DNA of 64,000 nucleotides from Phormidesmis sp. (GCA_965248535.1 CBDFJR010000005.1:384001-448000); one strand, 5' to 3'; positions 39,626 to 50,694 are shown, counted from the stretch's first letter. The notes: generated by a model from the sequence alone, not told the origin. Made by a program: numbers and translations.

Positions 39626-41944
39626 TTAAATCCGAATCGAGAGTAAGGGCAGCAGGGCTTTGTCTTCAAGCAATTCGCTGGTTTGAGCGGCAGCCTTTAA
39701 GTCGATTGGCACGACCTGCACCGCACAGGCCTTTAACTCTGGCTGCTGCGAGTCGGGGCAGCAAGCGGGATGGGTCAACGCATTGGCTTCGGCGTGATCA
39801 GCCCACAAAGCGCCCCAGTGCATGGGCACAAACATGGCCCCTGGCACGATCGCTTTCGTGACTAAAACCGGAAGCCTGACAAAACCGCGCCGCGATCGCA
39901 CCTCCACCCATTCATCGTTTTTGACCCCGATCGCGGCCGCATCGCGGGGGTGAATCTCTAGAAACGGGTTGGGGTGCAGCTTCATGATTTTCTCAACGCG
40001 ACCTGTGCGCGTCAGCGTGTGCCAGTGCCCATAGAGCCGCCCTGTCGTCAACACATAGGGATATCCCTCATCGGGCGGTTCTGCTAGCCCCCGCGAATGG
40101 TGGGCCGCAAATCTGGCTCGCCCATCAGGGGTATGAAACCGCAGATCGGTATACAGACGCTTAGAGGGCTGAGGCACGATCGCAGCAGGCTGAATAACAG
40201 GCTTTTTCTCCTGAAGCTTTTCAACCTCGATTCTGGCCCCCTTGACCCGTGCGCCCTCCGGCCTCAGTTCAGGGCGAATGTCCTCAATCTTTCCCGCGAG
40301 CGGCCATTGCAGAGGGCCTTCTGCCCGCAGTCGAGCGTGACTGATCCCCGACTGGTCGCAGGGACGATCGTGGGTGAGTTGAGAAAACTCACTGTAGACC
40401 TCAGCAGCGTTGTTAAAGGCAAACTGCTTGGTGAAGCCGAGCCGCCGACCGACTTCGGCAAAGATGGCCCAATCGGCTCTAGCCTGCCCCGGCGGGCTGC
40501 GGAACTTGGGGCAGAGGGTGACGCGCCGCTCAGAGTTGACCATGACCCCTGTTTTTTCGCTCCACTGAGCCGCCGGAAGCAGCACATGGGCATAAGCAGC
40601 CGTCTCTGTCGGGTAGTAGGCATCTTGATAGACGGTGAAGGGCGATCGCTTCAACGCCGCTTTGGTGCGTTCAATATCGGGCATACTCACCGCCGGGTTA
40701 GTGGCCGCCACCCATAACACACCGACTTCTTCCCGCTCCAGACCCGTGATCATCTCCCAGCAGGTTAGCCCCGGAGTCGCCGAAATCGATCCCGGCTCTA
40801 GTCGCCAAAACTGCTCAACTTCGGCTCGGTGCGTCGGATTGTTGACGAGGCGATATCCGGGTAGCAAATGCGCCAACCCTCCAGCTTCACGCCCTCCCAT
40901 CGCATTGGGCTGACCCGTGAGGGAAAAAGGCCCCGCTCCGGGCTTGCCGATCTGAGCGGTCATCAGGTGCAGATTAATCAGCGTTCTAACTTTAGCAGTG
41001 CCCTCACTGGACTGATTGAGTCCCATTGACCACATCGATAAGACTCGCTTTGAGTCGCCCCAATATCTCGCGGCTGTTTCTAAGTCTGCTTCTGAGATGC
41101 CACAACGCTGGGCGACTAGGTGGGGTGGGTAGTGTTGAAGGACGATCGCAAACTCTGAAAAGTAAGCCGTATGGTCATCAATAAAAGCCGCATCGATTTT
41201 GCCCCACTTCAGCAGCAGATGAGCGATGCCGTTGAACAGATCAATGTCCGTTCCGGGCTGGATGGCTAAATGCAGATCGGCGACTTCAGCCGTGGGGGTG
41301 CAGCGGGGATCGATCACGACTAATTTGACGGTGCGATCTTGTTTGTGGTGCTTCCGCAGTCGGTTAAAGAGAATGGGGTGACACTCAGCCAGGTTGCTGC
41401 CTGCAATAAAGGCGCAATCAGTTTCGTCGAGGTCGTCATAGCAGCAGGGCGGGCCATCAGCCCCAAAGCTCTGAATATAGCCAGACACGGCAGATGACAT
41501 ACACAGACGCGAATTGGCATCGAAGTTATTCGTGCCAAGACAGCCCTTGATCAGTTTTTGAGCGATGTAATAATCCTCAGTCTGTAGCTGCCCTGACCCA
41601 TACATGCAGACCGCATTAGCCCCTTGAGTTGAGCGCACGGTTTGAATTTGCTGGGCAACCCGATCGAGGGCCTCATCCCAACTAACTCGACGAAACGGCT
41701 CGTCTAAAGACTCTCGCATCATCGGAAACTGCAACCGATCTTTGTGCAGCGACTCGGCGATCGTAGCCCCCTTGACACAGACCATCCCCTGGCTAGAGGG
41801 GTGATCGCGATCGCCGCGCACTTGCCAAATGGGAGTTCCTGCTTTGTCGCGGTTGGTTGGTTTGCCAGGCTGCGCCGGGGGAAGCGCTTCTAGCCCACAG
41901 CCAACCCCACAGTAAGGGCATAAGGTCTTAGTCGAATCAGTCAT
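39626..41944 (-). CDS. narB: Ferredoxin-dependent assimilatory nitrate reductase
   Basis: CPYCGVGC...[33 protein letters not shown]; located in the nir-nrt cluster. Confidence 0.96.
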   Translation of the reverse strand: MTDSTKTLCPYCGVGCGLEALPPAQPGKPTNRDKAGTPIWQVRGDRDHPSSQGMVCVKGATIAESLHKDRLQFPMMRESLDEPFRRVSWDEALDRVAQQIQTVRSTQGANAVCMYGSGQLQTEDYYIAQKLIKGCLGTNNFDANSRLCMSSAVSGYIQSFGADGPPCCYDDLDETDCAFIAGSNLAECHPILFNRLRKHHKQDRTVKLVVIDPRCTPTAEVADLHLAIQPGTDIDLFNGIAHLLLKWGKIDAAFIDDHTAYFSEFAIVLQHYPPHLVAQRCGISEADLETAARYWGDSKRVLSMWSMGLNQSSEGTAKVRTLINLHLMTAQIGKPGAGPFSLTGQPNAMGGREAGGLAHLLPGYRLVNNPTHRAEVEQFWRLEPGSISATPGLTCWEMITGLEREEVGVLWVAATNPAVSMPDIERTKAALKRSPFTVYQDAYYPTETAAYAHVLLPAAQWSEKTGVMVNSERRVTLCPKFRSPPGQARADWAIFAEVGRRLGFTKQFAFNNAAEVYSEFSQLTHDRPCDQSGISHARLRAEGPLQWPLAGKIEDIRPELRPEGARVKGARIEVEKLQEKKPVIQPAAIVPQPSKRLYTDLRFHTPDGRARFAAHHSRGLAEPPDEGYPYVLTTGRLYGHWHTLTRTGRVEKIMKLHPNPFLEIHPRDAAAIGVKNDEWVEVRSRRGFVRLPVLVTKAIVPGAMFVPMHWGALWADHAEANALTHPACCPDSQQPELKACAVQVVPIDLKAAAQTSELLEDKALLPLLSIRI

Positions 41945-42243
41945 AAGCGTTCTACGACATCGGGACGATCGGCAGTGAGGGCAAGGTTTTCCTGCACTCG
42001 CAGTTGCTGACAGGGAATTTGAGCCAAAAGACTTGGGCTGGTTGCCCGGTGGGCATGAATTTCGAGCAGGGCATCGGGCGAGGCTTCAAAGAGCAGGCGC
42101 TGCCCCGGAAATATCATGCGCTCAAACCGCCCGGTGACGGGGTGGGAGATTCGCACCATCTGAAGCTGGCTGGTGGCGTTGACGTAATAGCAAAGACAGC
42201 GATCGGGGCTATCAGAAGGCAAAGCGGACGAGAGTTGGGTCAT
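41941..42243 (-). CDS. DUF1830-family small protein
   Basis: [15 protein letters not shown]...[15 protein letters not shown]...LEI...IPC; ATGA overlap with narB. Confidence 0.85.
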   Translation of the reverse strand: MTQLSSALPSDSPDRCLCYYVNATSQLQMVRISHPVTGRFERMIFPGQRLLFEASPDALLEIHAHRATSPSLLAQIPCQQLRVQENLALTADRPDVVERL

Positions 42244-42441
42244 ACCAAAAGTCTCTTAATGACAGCGCTCGAATGCCCAGCCACAGATGTTGGGGTCTCC
42301 GTCGATTAGTTTTAAGTGGGCACTATTCTTGCTCGGAGGCGAGGGTTGTTTCTGTGTGCCTTGATACTTCTGCGGTGCGTGCGCTATGAAGGTTTGTCAA
42401 GCGAGATCCTGTGAGTTTGAGCATGATGGTTGAAGAGAAGA

Positions 42442-43266
42442 TTAGTGATCGGTCGCAAACCGACTGAATAGGAAATCGAGGGCTTGGTTCCGCAGGGTGT
42501 AGTAGTGGGGATCTTCCATGATCTGCGTGCGAATGCGCGGACGGGGGAAGGGAATGTCTAAAATCTCGCCAATTTTAGCGGCGGGGCCGTTGGTCATCAT
42601 CACGAGGCGATCGGCGAGAAACAGCGCTTCGTCAATGTCGTGGGTGATCATCAGCACGGTGACGCGGTGCTCTGTCCAGATCTGCAAGAGTTCTTCCTGC
42701 AATTCTTCTTTGGTGATCGCGTCGAGTGCCCCAAAGGGTTCATCTAAAATCAGCACTTGAGGATAAATGGCCAAAGCACGAGCGATCGAGACGCGCTGTT
42801 TCATGCCGCCCGACAGTTGACCGGGTTTTTTGTTCGCCGCTTCTTCTAACCCGACCATTGCTAGGTGCTTGTGCACGATGTCTTCTTTGTCTTTTTTGGG
42901 CTTGTCAGGGTAGACCGAGTTGACGGCTAGATAGATATTCTCAAAGGCCGTTTTCCAAGGCAGCAGCGAGTAGTTTTGGAAGACGACCATGCGATCGGGC
43001 CCAGGTTCCGTAATCCGCTGCCCTTGCAGACGAACTTCACCACTAGAGGGCTGCCGAAACCCAGACACCATATCGAGCAGCGTGCTTTTGCCGCAGCCAG
43101 AGTGACCAATGACGCAGACAAATTCTCCCTCATTGACCGTGAGATTTACCTGGTCTAAAACCGTGTAGTCTCCGCTCTTGGTCGGATAGACCTTAGATAG
43201 GTTATCGACGACGAGAAACGCATCAGGCTGAAAAGTTTGAGGAGTCGAATCTGTTAAGGTCTGCAT
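42442..43266 (-). CDS. nrtD: Nitrate ABC transporter ATPase D
   Basis: GHSGCGKST, LSGGMKQR, LDEPFGALD; last ABC gene of the operon. Confidence 0.93.
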   Translation of the reverse strand: MQTLTDSTPQTFQPDAFLVVDNLSKVYPTKSGDYTVLDQVNLTVNEGEFVCVIGHSGCGKSTLLDMVSGFRQPSSGEVRLQGQRITEPGPDRMVVFQNYSLLPWKTAFENIYLAVNSVYPDKPKKDKEDIVHKHLAMVGLEEAANKKPGQLSGGMKQRVSIARALAIYPQVLILDEPFGALDAITKEELQEELLQIWTEHRVTVLMITHDIDEALFLADRLVMMTNGPAAKIGEILDIPFPRPRIRTQIMEDPHYYTLRNQALDFLFSRFATDH

Positions 43267-43293
43267 AGGTGAAGAAGGGAGAATAAGGACGGG

Positions 43294-45318
43294 TTAGGCA
43301 GCGCTTTTGACACGATCGCTGGGCTGATCGAGCAAGATTTCTTCGACGTGAATCTCGTGACTGATCTCTAGAGATTTGAGATAAGCGATCGGGTCATTGG
43401 GGTTAAACACCACGCCATCAAACAGCGTCAAAGAGTTGCGGTTTGGGTCAGTGCCGGGGTAGCCGACCTGTTTGGCGGCTTCGCCATAGAGTTCGACTTG
43501 ACGGACGCGATCGAGAATCTCAATCCAGTTTTTAGGAAAAGCGGGAATGATCTCCCATCGGGCCAATTGGGTCAAAATCCACAGGGCACCGACGCGCTGC
43601 GGGCAGTTGGTTTGCTCAATGTGAAACTGATTGAACCGCAGCAGCGACTCGGCTTTGCGATCGCCGCCATAGGCATAGGGCGCAATGAACCCAGGACGAA
43701 TATATTTCACGTCAGCCCCGACATATTCAGGTCGGGCTAACAGGTCGAGCATATCTTCGCGGTGACGACGCTCATCGCAATATTCGCAGGCTTCGAGCAG
43801 GGCTTTCATCAGCGCCAAGTGCGTTTCAGGGTGTTGAGTGGCCCAGTCTTCGCGCACGCCCAAAACTTTTTCGGGGTGGCCCGTCCACAGATCATGGGTT
43901 GTCGTGAGCACGACTCCCAATCCGTCTTGAACGGCCCGCGAGTTCCACGGTTCGCCCACGCAGAAGCCGTCCAGTGTTCCCGCTTCTAAACTGGCTACCA
44001 TCTGAGGCGGCGGCACCGTGATTAGGTTCACGTCACGATCGGGGTCAATGCCCGCCGAGGCTAGCCAATAGCGCAACAGCAGATTTTGCATCGACGCGGG
44101 ATGCACCACGCCCAACGTGTGGATCTCTCCGGGGGTTTGAGTGATCAACTGTTTGAAGTCTGCCAGCGATCGCACGCCGCGATCGTAGAGTTTTTTGCTG
44201 ATGGTGATCGCATCGCCGTTGCGCGACAGCACCATCGCGGTAAGCACGGGCAGGGGGGCTTTGCCGTTCATGCCGAGGGTGATTCCTAGGGGCATTCCGG
44301 CTACCATCTGCGCCGCGTCTAGCCGTCCGCTGGTCACGCCTTCGGCGATCGCTTTCCAACTCGGTTCGCGGTGCAGCGTTACGTCTTCTAGCCCGTGCTT
44401 TTTAAAGAAGCCTTTTTCTTTGGCAATGATCAGCGGCGCGCAGTCGGTGAGGGGAATAAACCCAATATCGAGATTGACTTTTTCTAAACCGTTGCGGGCG
44501 ATCGCCACTTTGACTCTTTCTTGAGCTTTGCGCTTTTTGTCGCGCTTTTGCTGGTTTAGGAAGTAAATAATTTCGTTCCGCAGCGCGTAGTAGCTGGGGT
44601 GATTGACGACTTCCATGCGCTGGCGTGGGCGCGGCAGGGGGATATCGAGAATCTGACCAATGTGAGCATCGGGGCCATTGGTGAGCATGACGATCCGATC
44701 GGAGAGCAGCAGCGCCTCATCCACATCGTGAGTCACCATCAAACACGTCACCCGACTCTCTTCGCAGATTCGCATCAGTTGCTCTTGCAGGTTGCCCCGC
44801 GTCAGCGCATCCAACGCGCCAAACGGCTCATCAAGCAGCAGCATTTTAGGACGAATGGCTAGGGCACGAGCGATCGCGACGCGCTGTTTCATGCCGCCCG
44901 ATAGCTCTTTGGGTTTGCGGTTGGCCGCAGGTCTTAGCCCCACCAAGTCAATATTCTGTTCGACAATGCCTTTGCGCTCACCTTTGGGCAAATGACTGAG
45001 AACTTTATCAACGGCCAGCGCGATGTTTTCATGCACGGTCAGCCAGGGCAATAGCGAATAGTTTTGGAACACCATCATGCGATCGGGCCCCGGACTGGTT
45101 ACCTGTCGCCCTTCGAGCACGACCCCGCCCACGCTGGGCTTGTCCAATCCCGCGACGATGCTGAGAAGGGTCGATTTGCCGCAGCCAGAGTGACCGATCA
45201 GCGTCACAAACTCGCCCTGACGAATCTGAAGTTCAATATTTTTTAGGGCAACATAGCTCCCGCCACCTGTGAGCGGAAACACCTTATCAACGTGGTCAAT
45301 TTCTAAAAAGACAGACAT
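43294..45318 (-). CDS. nrtC: Nitrate ABC transporter ATPase C with C-terminal NrtA-like regulatory domain
   Basis: ABC domain followed by GFIPLTDCAPL domain; start taken at MSVFLEID. Confidence 0.94.
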   Translation of the reverse strand: MSVFLEIDHVDKVFPLTGGGSYVALKNIELQIRQGEFVTLIGHSGCGKSTLLSIVAGLDKPSVGGVVLEGRQVTSPGPDRMMVFQNYSLLPWLTVHENIALAVDKVLSHLPKGERKGIVEQNIDLVGLRPAANRKPKELSGGMKQRVAIARALAIRPKMLLLDEPFGALDALTRGNLQEQLMRICEESRVTCLMVTHDVDEALLLSDRIVMLTNGPDAHIGQILDIPLPRPRQRMEVVNHPSYYALRNEIIYFLNQQKRDKKRKAQERVKVAIARNGLEKVNLDIGFIPLTDCAPLIIAKEKGFFKKHGLEDVTLHREPSWKAIAEGVTSGRLDAAQMVAGMPLGITLGMNGKAPLPVLTAMVLSRNGDAITISKKLYDRGVRSLADFKQLITQTPGEIHTLGVVHPASMQNLLLRYWLASAGIDPDRDVNLITVPPPQMVASLEAGTLDGFCVGEPWNSRAVQDGLGVVLTTTHDLWTGHPEKVLGVREDWATQHPETHLALMKALLEACEYCDERRHREDMLDLLARPEYVGADVKYIRPGFIAPYAYGGDRKAESLLRFNQFHIEQTNCPQRVGALWILTQLARWEIIPAFPKNWIEILDRVRQVELYGEAAKQVGYPGTDPNRNSLTLFDGVVFNPNDPIAYLKSLEISHEIHVEEILLDQPSDRVKSAA

Positions 45319-45371
45319 GGTAAAAAGGGGGTCAGGGGTCAAAGATCGAGCGCAACGGTCAGAACTGAAGC

Positions 45372-46205
45372 CTACTTTTCTGAAACAATCAGCGAACCGA
45401 GATAGTTGACGAGCCGATCGAGCGCCAAGCCCACCAGACCGACATATAAGACCGCGATAATGATCTGGCTCATGCTGTTTTCGTTGCCTGCGTTGTAGGC
45501 ATCCCAGATAAAGAAGCCGATGCCGCCTTCAGCTTTGAGCATTTCTGCTGCCACGATCGCCAGCCAAGCCAAGCCGATGCCAATCCGCAGTCCACCAAAC
45601 ACATAGGGCACGGTCGAGGGCACCAAGATGTTGAAGAAATATTCTTTGCCCGACAGCCGCAGCACTTTAGCCACGTTGTTATAGTCTTGGGGAATTTGTT
45701 GAACCCCTAAGGCAGTGTTGATGACGATCGGCCAAATTGCCGTAATAAAAATCACAAATAGCGCGGCGGGCGTGCTGTCTTGAAAAATGCCCAGCGACAG
45801 CGGCAGCCAAGCCAGAGGCGGAACCGTCCGTAAAACCTGAATCATCGGGTCAAGACCGCGGCGCATAAACTGGCTCATGCCAATCAGCACACCGAGAGAA
45901 ATGCCCACGATCGCCGCTAGTGAGTAGCCGATCATCACGCGCTGCAAACTGATCCAAATCTGCAACCCTAACCCTTTAGAGGTGCCGCCCTCGTCATAAA
46001 ACGGATTGATAATTAGATTAAAGGTTTGCTGCAAAACTCTGATCGGGCCGGGCATTTTGGTCTCTGGTGAGAGACACAGCAATTGCCAAACTGCCAGCAC
46101 CGCGATCGTGCAGATCAGGGGCGGAAGTAGCTGCTTTGCAGACTTTTGAATCGTTTCAACCAAGGCAGACGGCGGCGCTGGACGAAGGGAAGGATTAATA
46201 GTCAT
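45372..46205 (-). CDS. nrtB: Nitrate ABC transporter permease
   Basis: SLQRV, LRTVPPLAWLP, WLAIVAAEM; start taken at MTINPS. Confidence 0.93.
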   Translation of the reverse strand: MTINPSLRPAPPSALVETIQKSAKQLLPPLICTIAVLAVWQLLCLSPETKMPGPIRVLQQTFNLIINPFYDEGGTSKGLGLQIWISLQRVMIGYSLAAIVGISLGVLIGMSQFMRRGLDPMIQVLRTVPPLAWLPLSLGIFQDSTPAALFVIFITAIWPIVINTALGVQQIPQDYNNVAKVLRLSGKEYFFNILVPSTVPYVFGGLRIGIGLAWLAIVAAEMLKAEGGIGFFIWDAYNAGNENSMSQIIIAVLYVGLVGLALDRLVNYLGSLIVSEK

Positions 46206-46258
46206 GAGGAGTTGCAGAGAGGGTAGGGAAGGAACTGGGTGCATCAAAAAATTCTGTC

Positions 46259-46285
46259 GGGGAGCATGACCTAACCATGCTCCCC
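46259..46285. other. Stable hairpin between nrtA and nrtB (possible mRNA stabiliser or processing site)
   Basis: GGGGAGCATG-N7-CATGCTCCCC. Confidence 0.6.
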
Positions 46286-46293
46286 AGGTTTAT

Positions 46294-47619
46294 CTAGGCT
46301 TTCTTAATCTTGAGGCTGCTTAGATAGCCTGCGGTGTCAGCCGCATCAAACTTGGTGCCGTTAAACAGCGTTTCGATGCCGCGAGACGAGTCTTTAGGAA
46401 TCGCGGCTTCTTGCCCGATCGCCTTCGCGGCGGCTTTCCACAGATCTTCGCGGTTGACTTTATCGACCATCGCTTTGATGTTGGTGTCGGGCGCAAACTT
46501 GCCCCAGCGAATGTTTTCGGTGATAAACCAAGCATCGTGATTCTTAAACGGATAGGAGGCTCCATCGCGCCAGAATTTCATCAGCAAGTCGCTGCTTTGC
46601 AGACTGCGACCATCGCCAAAATCAAAGTTGCCTTTTGCCCGATCGATAATGTCTTTTGCCGGAGCTTTGACATATTTATCAGACGAGAGAATTTCGCACA
46701 TTTCTTGCTTGTTCTCGTCTTTGTCGCACCAAATTTGCGCTTCTTGAATCGCCATCAGCAGCGCTTTGGCCGCTTTAGGGTTTTTATCGACCCAATCTGC
46801 CCGCATTGAAAAGGCTTTTTCGGGGTGTCCTTTCCACAGTTCGCCCGTGGTGACGGCAGTGTAGCCCAATTTTTTGTTGACCAGACGACTGTTCCAAGGT
46901 TCACCCACGCAGAAGGCATCCATCGTTTTGGTTTCCATGTTGGCCACCATTTGGGGTGGCGGAATCACCACGATGTCTACGTCATTATCAGGATCGATGC
47001 CACCCGCCGCTAGCCAATAGCGCATCCACAAATCGTGGGTGCCGCCGGGGAACGTCACCGCCGCTTTAAATTTTTTGCCCGCCGCTTTTGCCGCGTCAAT
47101 TTTGGCTTTGAGCAACGAGCTATCGGCCCCAACTTTCAGGTCGGCGTAGTCATTAGACAGTGAGATGCCCTGCCCATCGGTGTTGAGTCGCGCCAAGATA
47201 TACATCGGCAAGGGGGTGTTGCCCTTGGTGATCTTGCCTGCTGACATGAAATAGGGCATGGGGGTGAGAATGTGTGCCCCATCAATGCCGCCTTTGTCAG
47301 AGCCGAGTTCGAGGTTGTCGCGAGTCACTGCCCAAGAGGTCTGCTTGGTGACGGAGACATCTTTCATCCCATATTTCTCGAAATAGCCTTTTTCTTTGGC
47401 AATCACCAGTGGCGCGCAGTCGGTTAGGGCAATGAATCCGAGTTTGGCAGTGGTGACTTCAGGCGTTTCGGCCGTGCCAGAGTTGACAGCAGGAACGGCG
47501 CTAGGCGAAGCACTTCCACTCGTGGCAGATTTGGGGCTGCTACAGCCGTGAACGAGTAGGGTTCCGGCGGCGGTTGCGCCTGCGGTGATGATAAATTTCC
47601 GTCGTGAAAGATTGCTCAT
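46294..47619 (-). CDS. nrtA: Nitrate/nitrite-binding lipoprotein
   Basis: Tat signal SRRKF, lipobox VHGC, GFIALTD, TFPGGTHDLWMRYWL. Confidence 0.94.
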   Translation of the reverse strand: MSNLSRRKFIITAGATAAGTLLVHGCSSPKSATSGSASPSAVPAVNSGTAETPEVTTAKLGFIALTDCAPLVIAKEKGYFEKYGMKDVSVTKQTSWAVTRDNLELGSDKGGIDGAHILTPMPYFMSAGKITKGNTPLPMYILARLNTDGQGISLSNDYADLKVGADSSLLKAKIDAAKAAGKKFKAAVTFPGGTHDLWMRYWLAAGGIDPDNDVDIVVIPPPQMVANMETKTMDAFCVGEPWNSRLVNKKLGYTAVTTGELWKGHPEKAFSMRADWVDKNPKAAKALLMAIQEAQIWCDKDENKQEMCEILSSDKYVKAPAKDIIDRAKGNFDFGDGRSLQSSDLLMKFWRDGASYPFKNHDAWFITENIRWGKFAPDTNIKAMVDKVNREDLWKAAAKAIGQEAAIPKDSSRGIETLFNGTKFDAADTAGYLSSLKIKKA

Positions 47620-47759
47620 TATCCTATTCCAATTGATTTCGCTGGGTTTGAGGGTGCTGCAAGGGGGAAATCTTGCAGCGTGTGAGGAGGAACGGGATCA
47701 ATGGGCAGCCATTAGCGTTTAACTGCCCTAGGTGTCCGGGTAGGTGGAGTCAATGTCAG

Positions 47760-49651
47760 TTAAGCATCGATCGCCACAGCACCCACCGGATGAGCGATGC
47801 ACGTCAGAATGATTCTGGCGGCGCGATCGTCATCATCCAGTGCGTCAGGTTCGCCGTCATAGCGAATTTCTCCTGAGAGGAGGGTTTGTTTGCAGGTGCC
47901 ACAGGTTCCCGATCGGCAACTGCTGTCGAGTTCGACCCCGACTGTTCAGCGATTTCTAGAATTGAGCCACCGTCGGTCGAGGTGACTGTCTTGCCAGATT
48001 TTGCAAACTGAACAGTGGCGGATGGGGCCGCGATCGCCGGAGCAGACCCTTCAGATCCGGGGGTTCGCTCGTCCTCGACAGTCACTTTAAGTTGAGAGGG
48101 TTGGGCGGTGGGCATTTCTGCGGTGAGATGGGCCCCAAACTGCTCGACCAAAATGTCTCGCAAAATGGGCTTGAGATCTTCACAGGGAATGCCTTTTTGC
48201 ACACAGGTGCCCAGATGAGCATCTTTGCCGACGGTGCCTCCCATGTAGAGGTCTACGCCTTCGAGGGTACGTCCGTTTTTGCGAACTTTGGTGCCCATCA
48301 AGCCAATGTCGGCCACTTGCGGCTGACCGCAGGAGTTGGGGCATCCTGTCCAGTGAATGCGAACGGGACGATCGCAGAACAATTCCGCTTCGAGTTCTTT
48401 AATCATCGCCACAGCGCGGTTTTTGGTTTCAATCAGCGCAAAGTTGCAGAACTGGGAACCCGTGCACGACACGAGGGCGCGAGAGAGATTGTTAGGGTTG
48501 GGGGAAAATCGCTCGACGATCGCTTCCTCAAGCATCGCCGGGAGTCGAGAGTCGGGCACGTTGGGCACGATCACATTTTGCTCGACCGTGAGGCGAATCT
48601 CGCCACTGCCATAGACTTCAGCCAGTCGCGCTAGGTCAAACATATCTTGAGCAAACAGCCGACCGACCGGAACGTGTAGCCCCACATAATTCAAACCGGG
48701 CTGCTTTTGGGCATAGACCCCGATGTGGTCGCGTTTGTCCCACAAAATCTCGTCTTTGAGGGCGGCGGTGTGCAGAGAATGCCCCATGTGCCGCTCGACT
48801 TCAGAGCGAAATTTCTCAATGCCCCACTCGTCGATCAGCCACATCAGGCGAGATTTTTGACGATTGGCGCGTAGCCCATGATTGCGATAGACGGTGAGGA
48901 TCGATTCACACATTCCCACTACATCATCGGGGGTCACCCACACATTCATCGGCACGGCCGCTTCACATCGCTTGGCCGAAAAGAAACCTCCGACCAAAAC
49001 ATTAAAGCCTAATACGCCATCTGTGTAGGCAGGCACAAAGGCAATATCGTTAATTTCAGCGTGGACGGAATTGTCTCGACAGCCCGCGATCGCGATGTTG
49101 AACTTGCGAGGCAGATTGGTAAATTCAGGGTTGCCCTGGCCATGATTGGTAATCATGTCTTGCACTTGCACGGCTAACTCGCGGGTGTCAAACAACTCGT
49201 CGCCATCAATGCCTGCGACAGGTGACCCCGTGATATTGCGAACGTTATCCATCCCCGACTGAACACTGGTCATCCCAGCTTTGTCAAAGCGGTTAAAAAT
49301 GTCGGGCACATCTTCAATGCGAACGCCGCGCAGTTGAATATTTTGGCGAGTGGTCACGTCTGCATAGCCGTCTTCACCATAGCGCTGCACGATCTCTGCC
49401 AAGATGCGCGTTTGGGTGCTGGTGATGATGCCGCTGGGCAATCGCATTCGCAGCATAAACTTGCCCGGAGTCACCGGACGGAAGAAAACCCCCAGCCATT
49501 TAAGGCGATGGTCACGATCGGCTTCGTCCATCGCTTCCCAGCCAATTTGAGCAAAATAATCCAATTCAGTCTTAACCGCAAGCCCGTCTTTCTCTGCTTT
49601 CAATTTTTCAAACTTGTTGAGCGTTGCGGTTGACGAAAGGGTGTCTGTCAT
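47760..49651 (-). CDS. nirA: Ferredoxin-nitrite reductase with C-terminal [2Fe-2S] ferredoxin-like domain; 1-nt frameshift at 47936-47939
   Basis: CTGSQFC and GCPNSC siroheme/4Fe-4S motifs. The shifted frame reads VELDSSCRSGTCGTC...ILTCIAHPVGAVAIDA and stops at 47760-47762. Confidence 0.93.
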
Positions 49652-49766
49652 GGTGAGTCTTGTAGATAAAGGGTGTCCGAACCGAACACGGGCGATCGAG
49701 AAGCGAGTGTTTGCCTAGGTGAGTCAACCTACAGGAATTGACGCAATTTCTTGTGCTGATTAAGTC

Positions 49767-49808
49767 AAGGTAGGCGAGATCTCCGTGGAAATTCGTATAG
49801 CTAGTTAC
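49767..49808 (-). promoter_or_regulatory. Class II NtcA-activated promoter of the nirA operon
   Basis: The minus strand reads GTAACTAGCTATAC (GTA-N8-TAC, 49795-49808), then 22 nt, then TACCTT (TAN3T, 49767-49772). Confidence 0.9.
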
Positions 49809-49940
49809 CAAATATTTCTGATTATGAAGTTAGTGCATCAAAGTTTATGCGCTTCCAGCATTCGTCAAGAGAATTTCCTAGACTTTTGCATCTGCTGTTA
49901 CGATAGGTCGTCACTATGCGGATGCAGTTGAGAAAACATT

Positions 49941-50411
49941 ATGAAGCGTCGATCATTTTTGTCCTGGTTTGGGTTAGGTTGGGCCGTCAGCCGCTTGCCC
50001 ATTGCTTTAACCGCTATTGTTTCGGGGCTGTCGGCTTGCACTAAAAGCTCTGAATCATCACCGCCGATCGCTGACTCTGGCAAAGCTGCTCGAAGTGACG
50101 GCTTTCAGCCGATCGGGTCAGTGGCCGATCTCGATAAAAATGGACAAATTCTGAGGGATCAGTCGGCGATCGGCCCAGTGCTGGTGATTCGCAACCCATC
50201 TACGCCAACTGCGCTAGTGGCGGTGAACCCGACGTGCCCTCATCAGGGGTGTTTGGTGGCTTGGAAGAGTGAGCGGAAGTCCTTTGCTTGCCCTTGTCAC
50301 AACTCGACCTTTACAGCAGATGGAGCCGTGATCGAGGGGCCAGCCCACAAAGCACTAGGGACTTATCTGGCCAAGATTGAAGGAAATTCAATTTTGGCGA
50401 AGAAGGCTTGA
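49941..50411 (+). CDS. Small Rieske [2Fe-2S] protein with Tat-like signal (PetC-paralogue-like)
   Basis: MKRRSFL, LSAC, CPHQGC and CPCHNS. Confidence 0.9.
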   Translation: MKRRSFLSWFGLGWAVSRLPIALTAIVSGLSACTKSSESSPPIADSGKAARSDGFQPIGSVADLDKNGQILRDQSAIGPVLVIRNPSTPTALVAVNPTCPHQGCLVAWKSERKSFACPCHNSTFTADGAVIEGPAHKALGTYLAKIEGNSILAKKA

Positions 50412-50694
50412 TCTAGGGGAGCGATCGCCCGATCGAGTCCTTATGTTCTGCAAATCTCGTAAAACCAGGTTCCTACAGACCTGCGTGAAGGCATATCTTT
50501 ACTGCGCCCGCTCCTATCTAAATTAGTCCCCTCTAAGCTCTGCCTTCAGATAGACAAATAATCCAAATAACACCCTTTAGGATTGCACTTGAGAGGTAGT
50601 TAGGTCTAGCAAAGTGTTTTGTAGGTGCAACAGACCTCGACAACCTCAAACTAATGCTTTGCTGTATAGTTGCAAGACCAATGGAGAGTGACTG

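Noticed and set aside
40160..40300. Extra ~45-aa segment in NarB ([22 protein letters not shown]...) as an intein or mobile insertion
   Set aside because: It is too short, lacks the Cys/Ser start and His-Asn end, and looks like a variable low-complexity loop.
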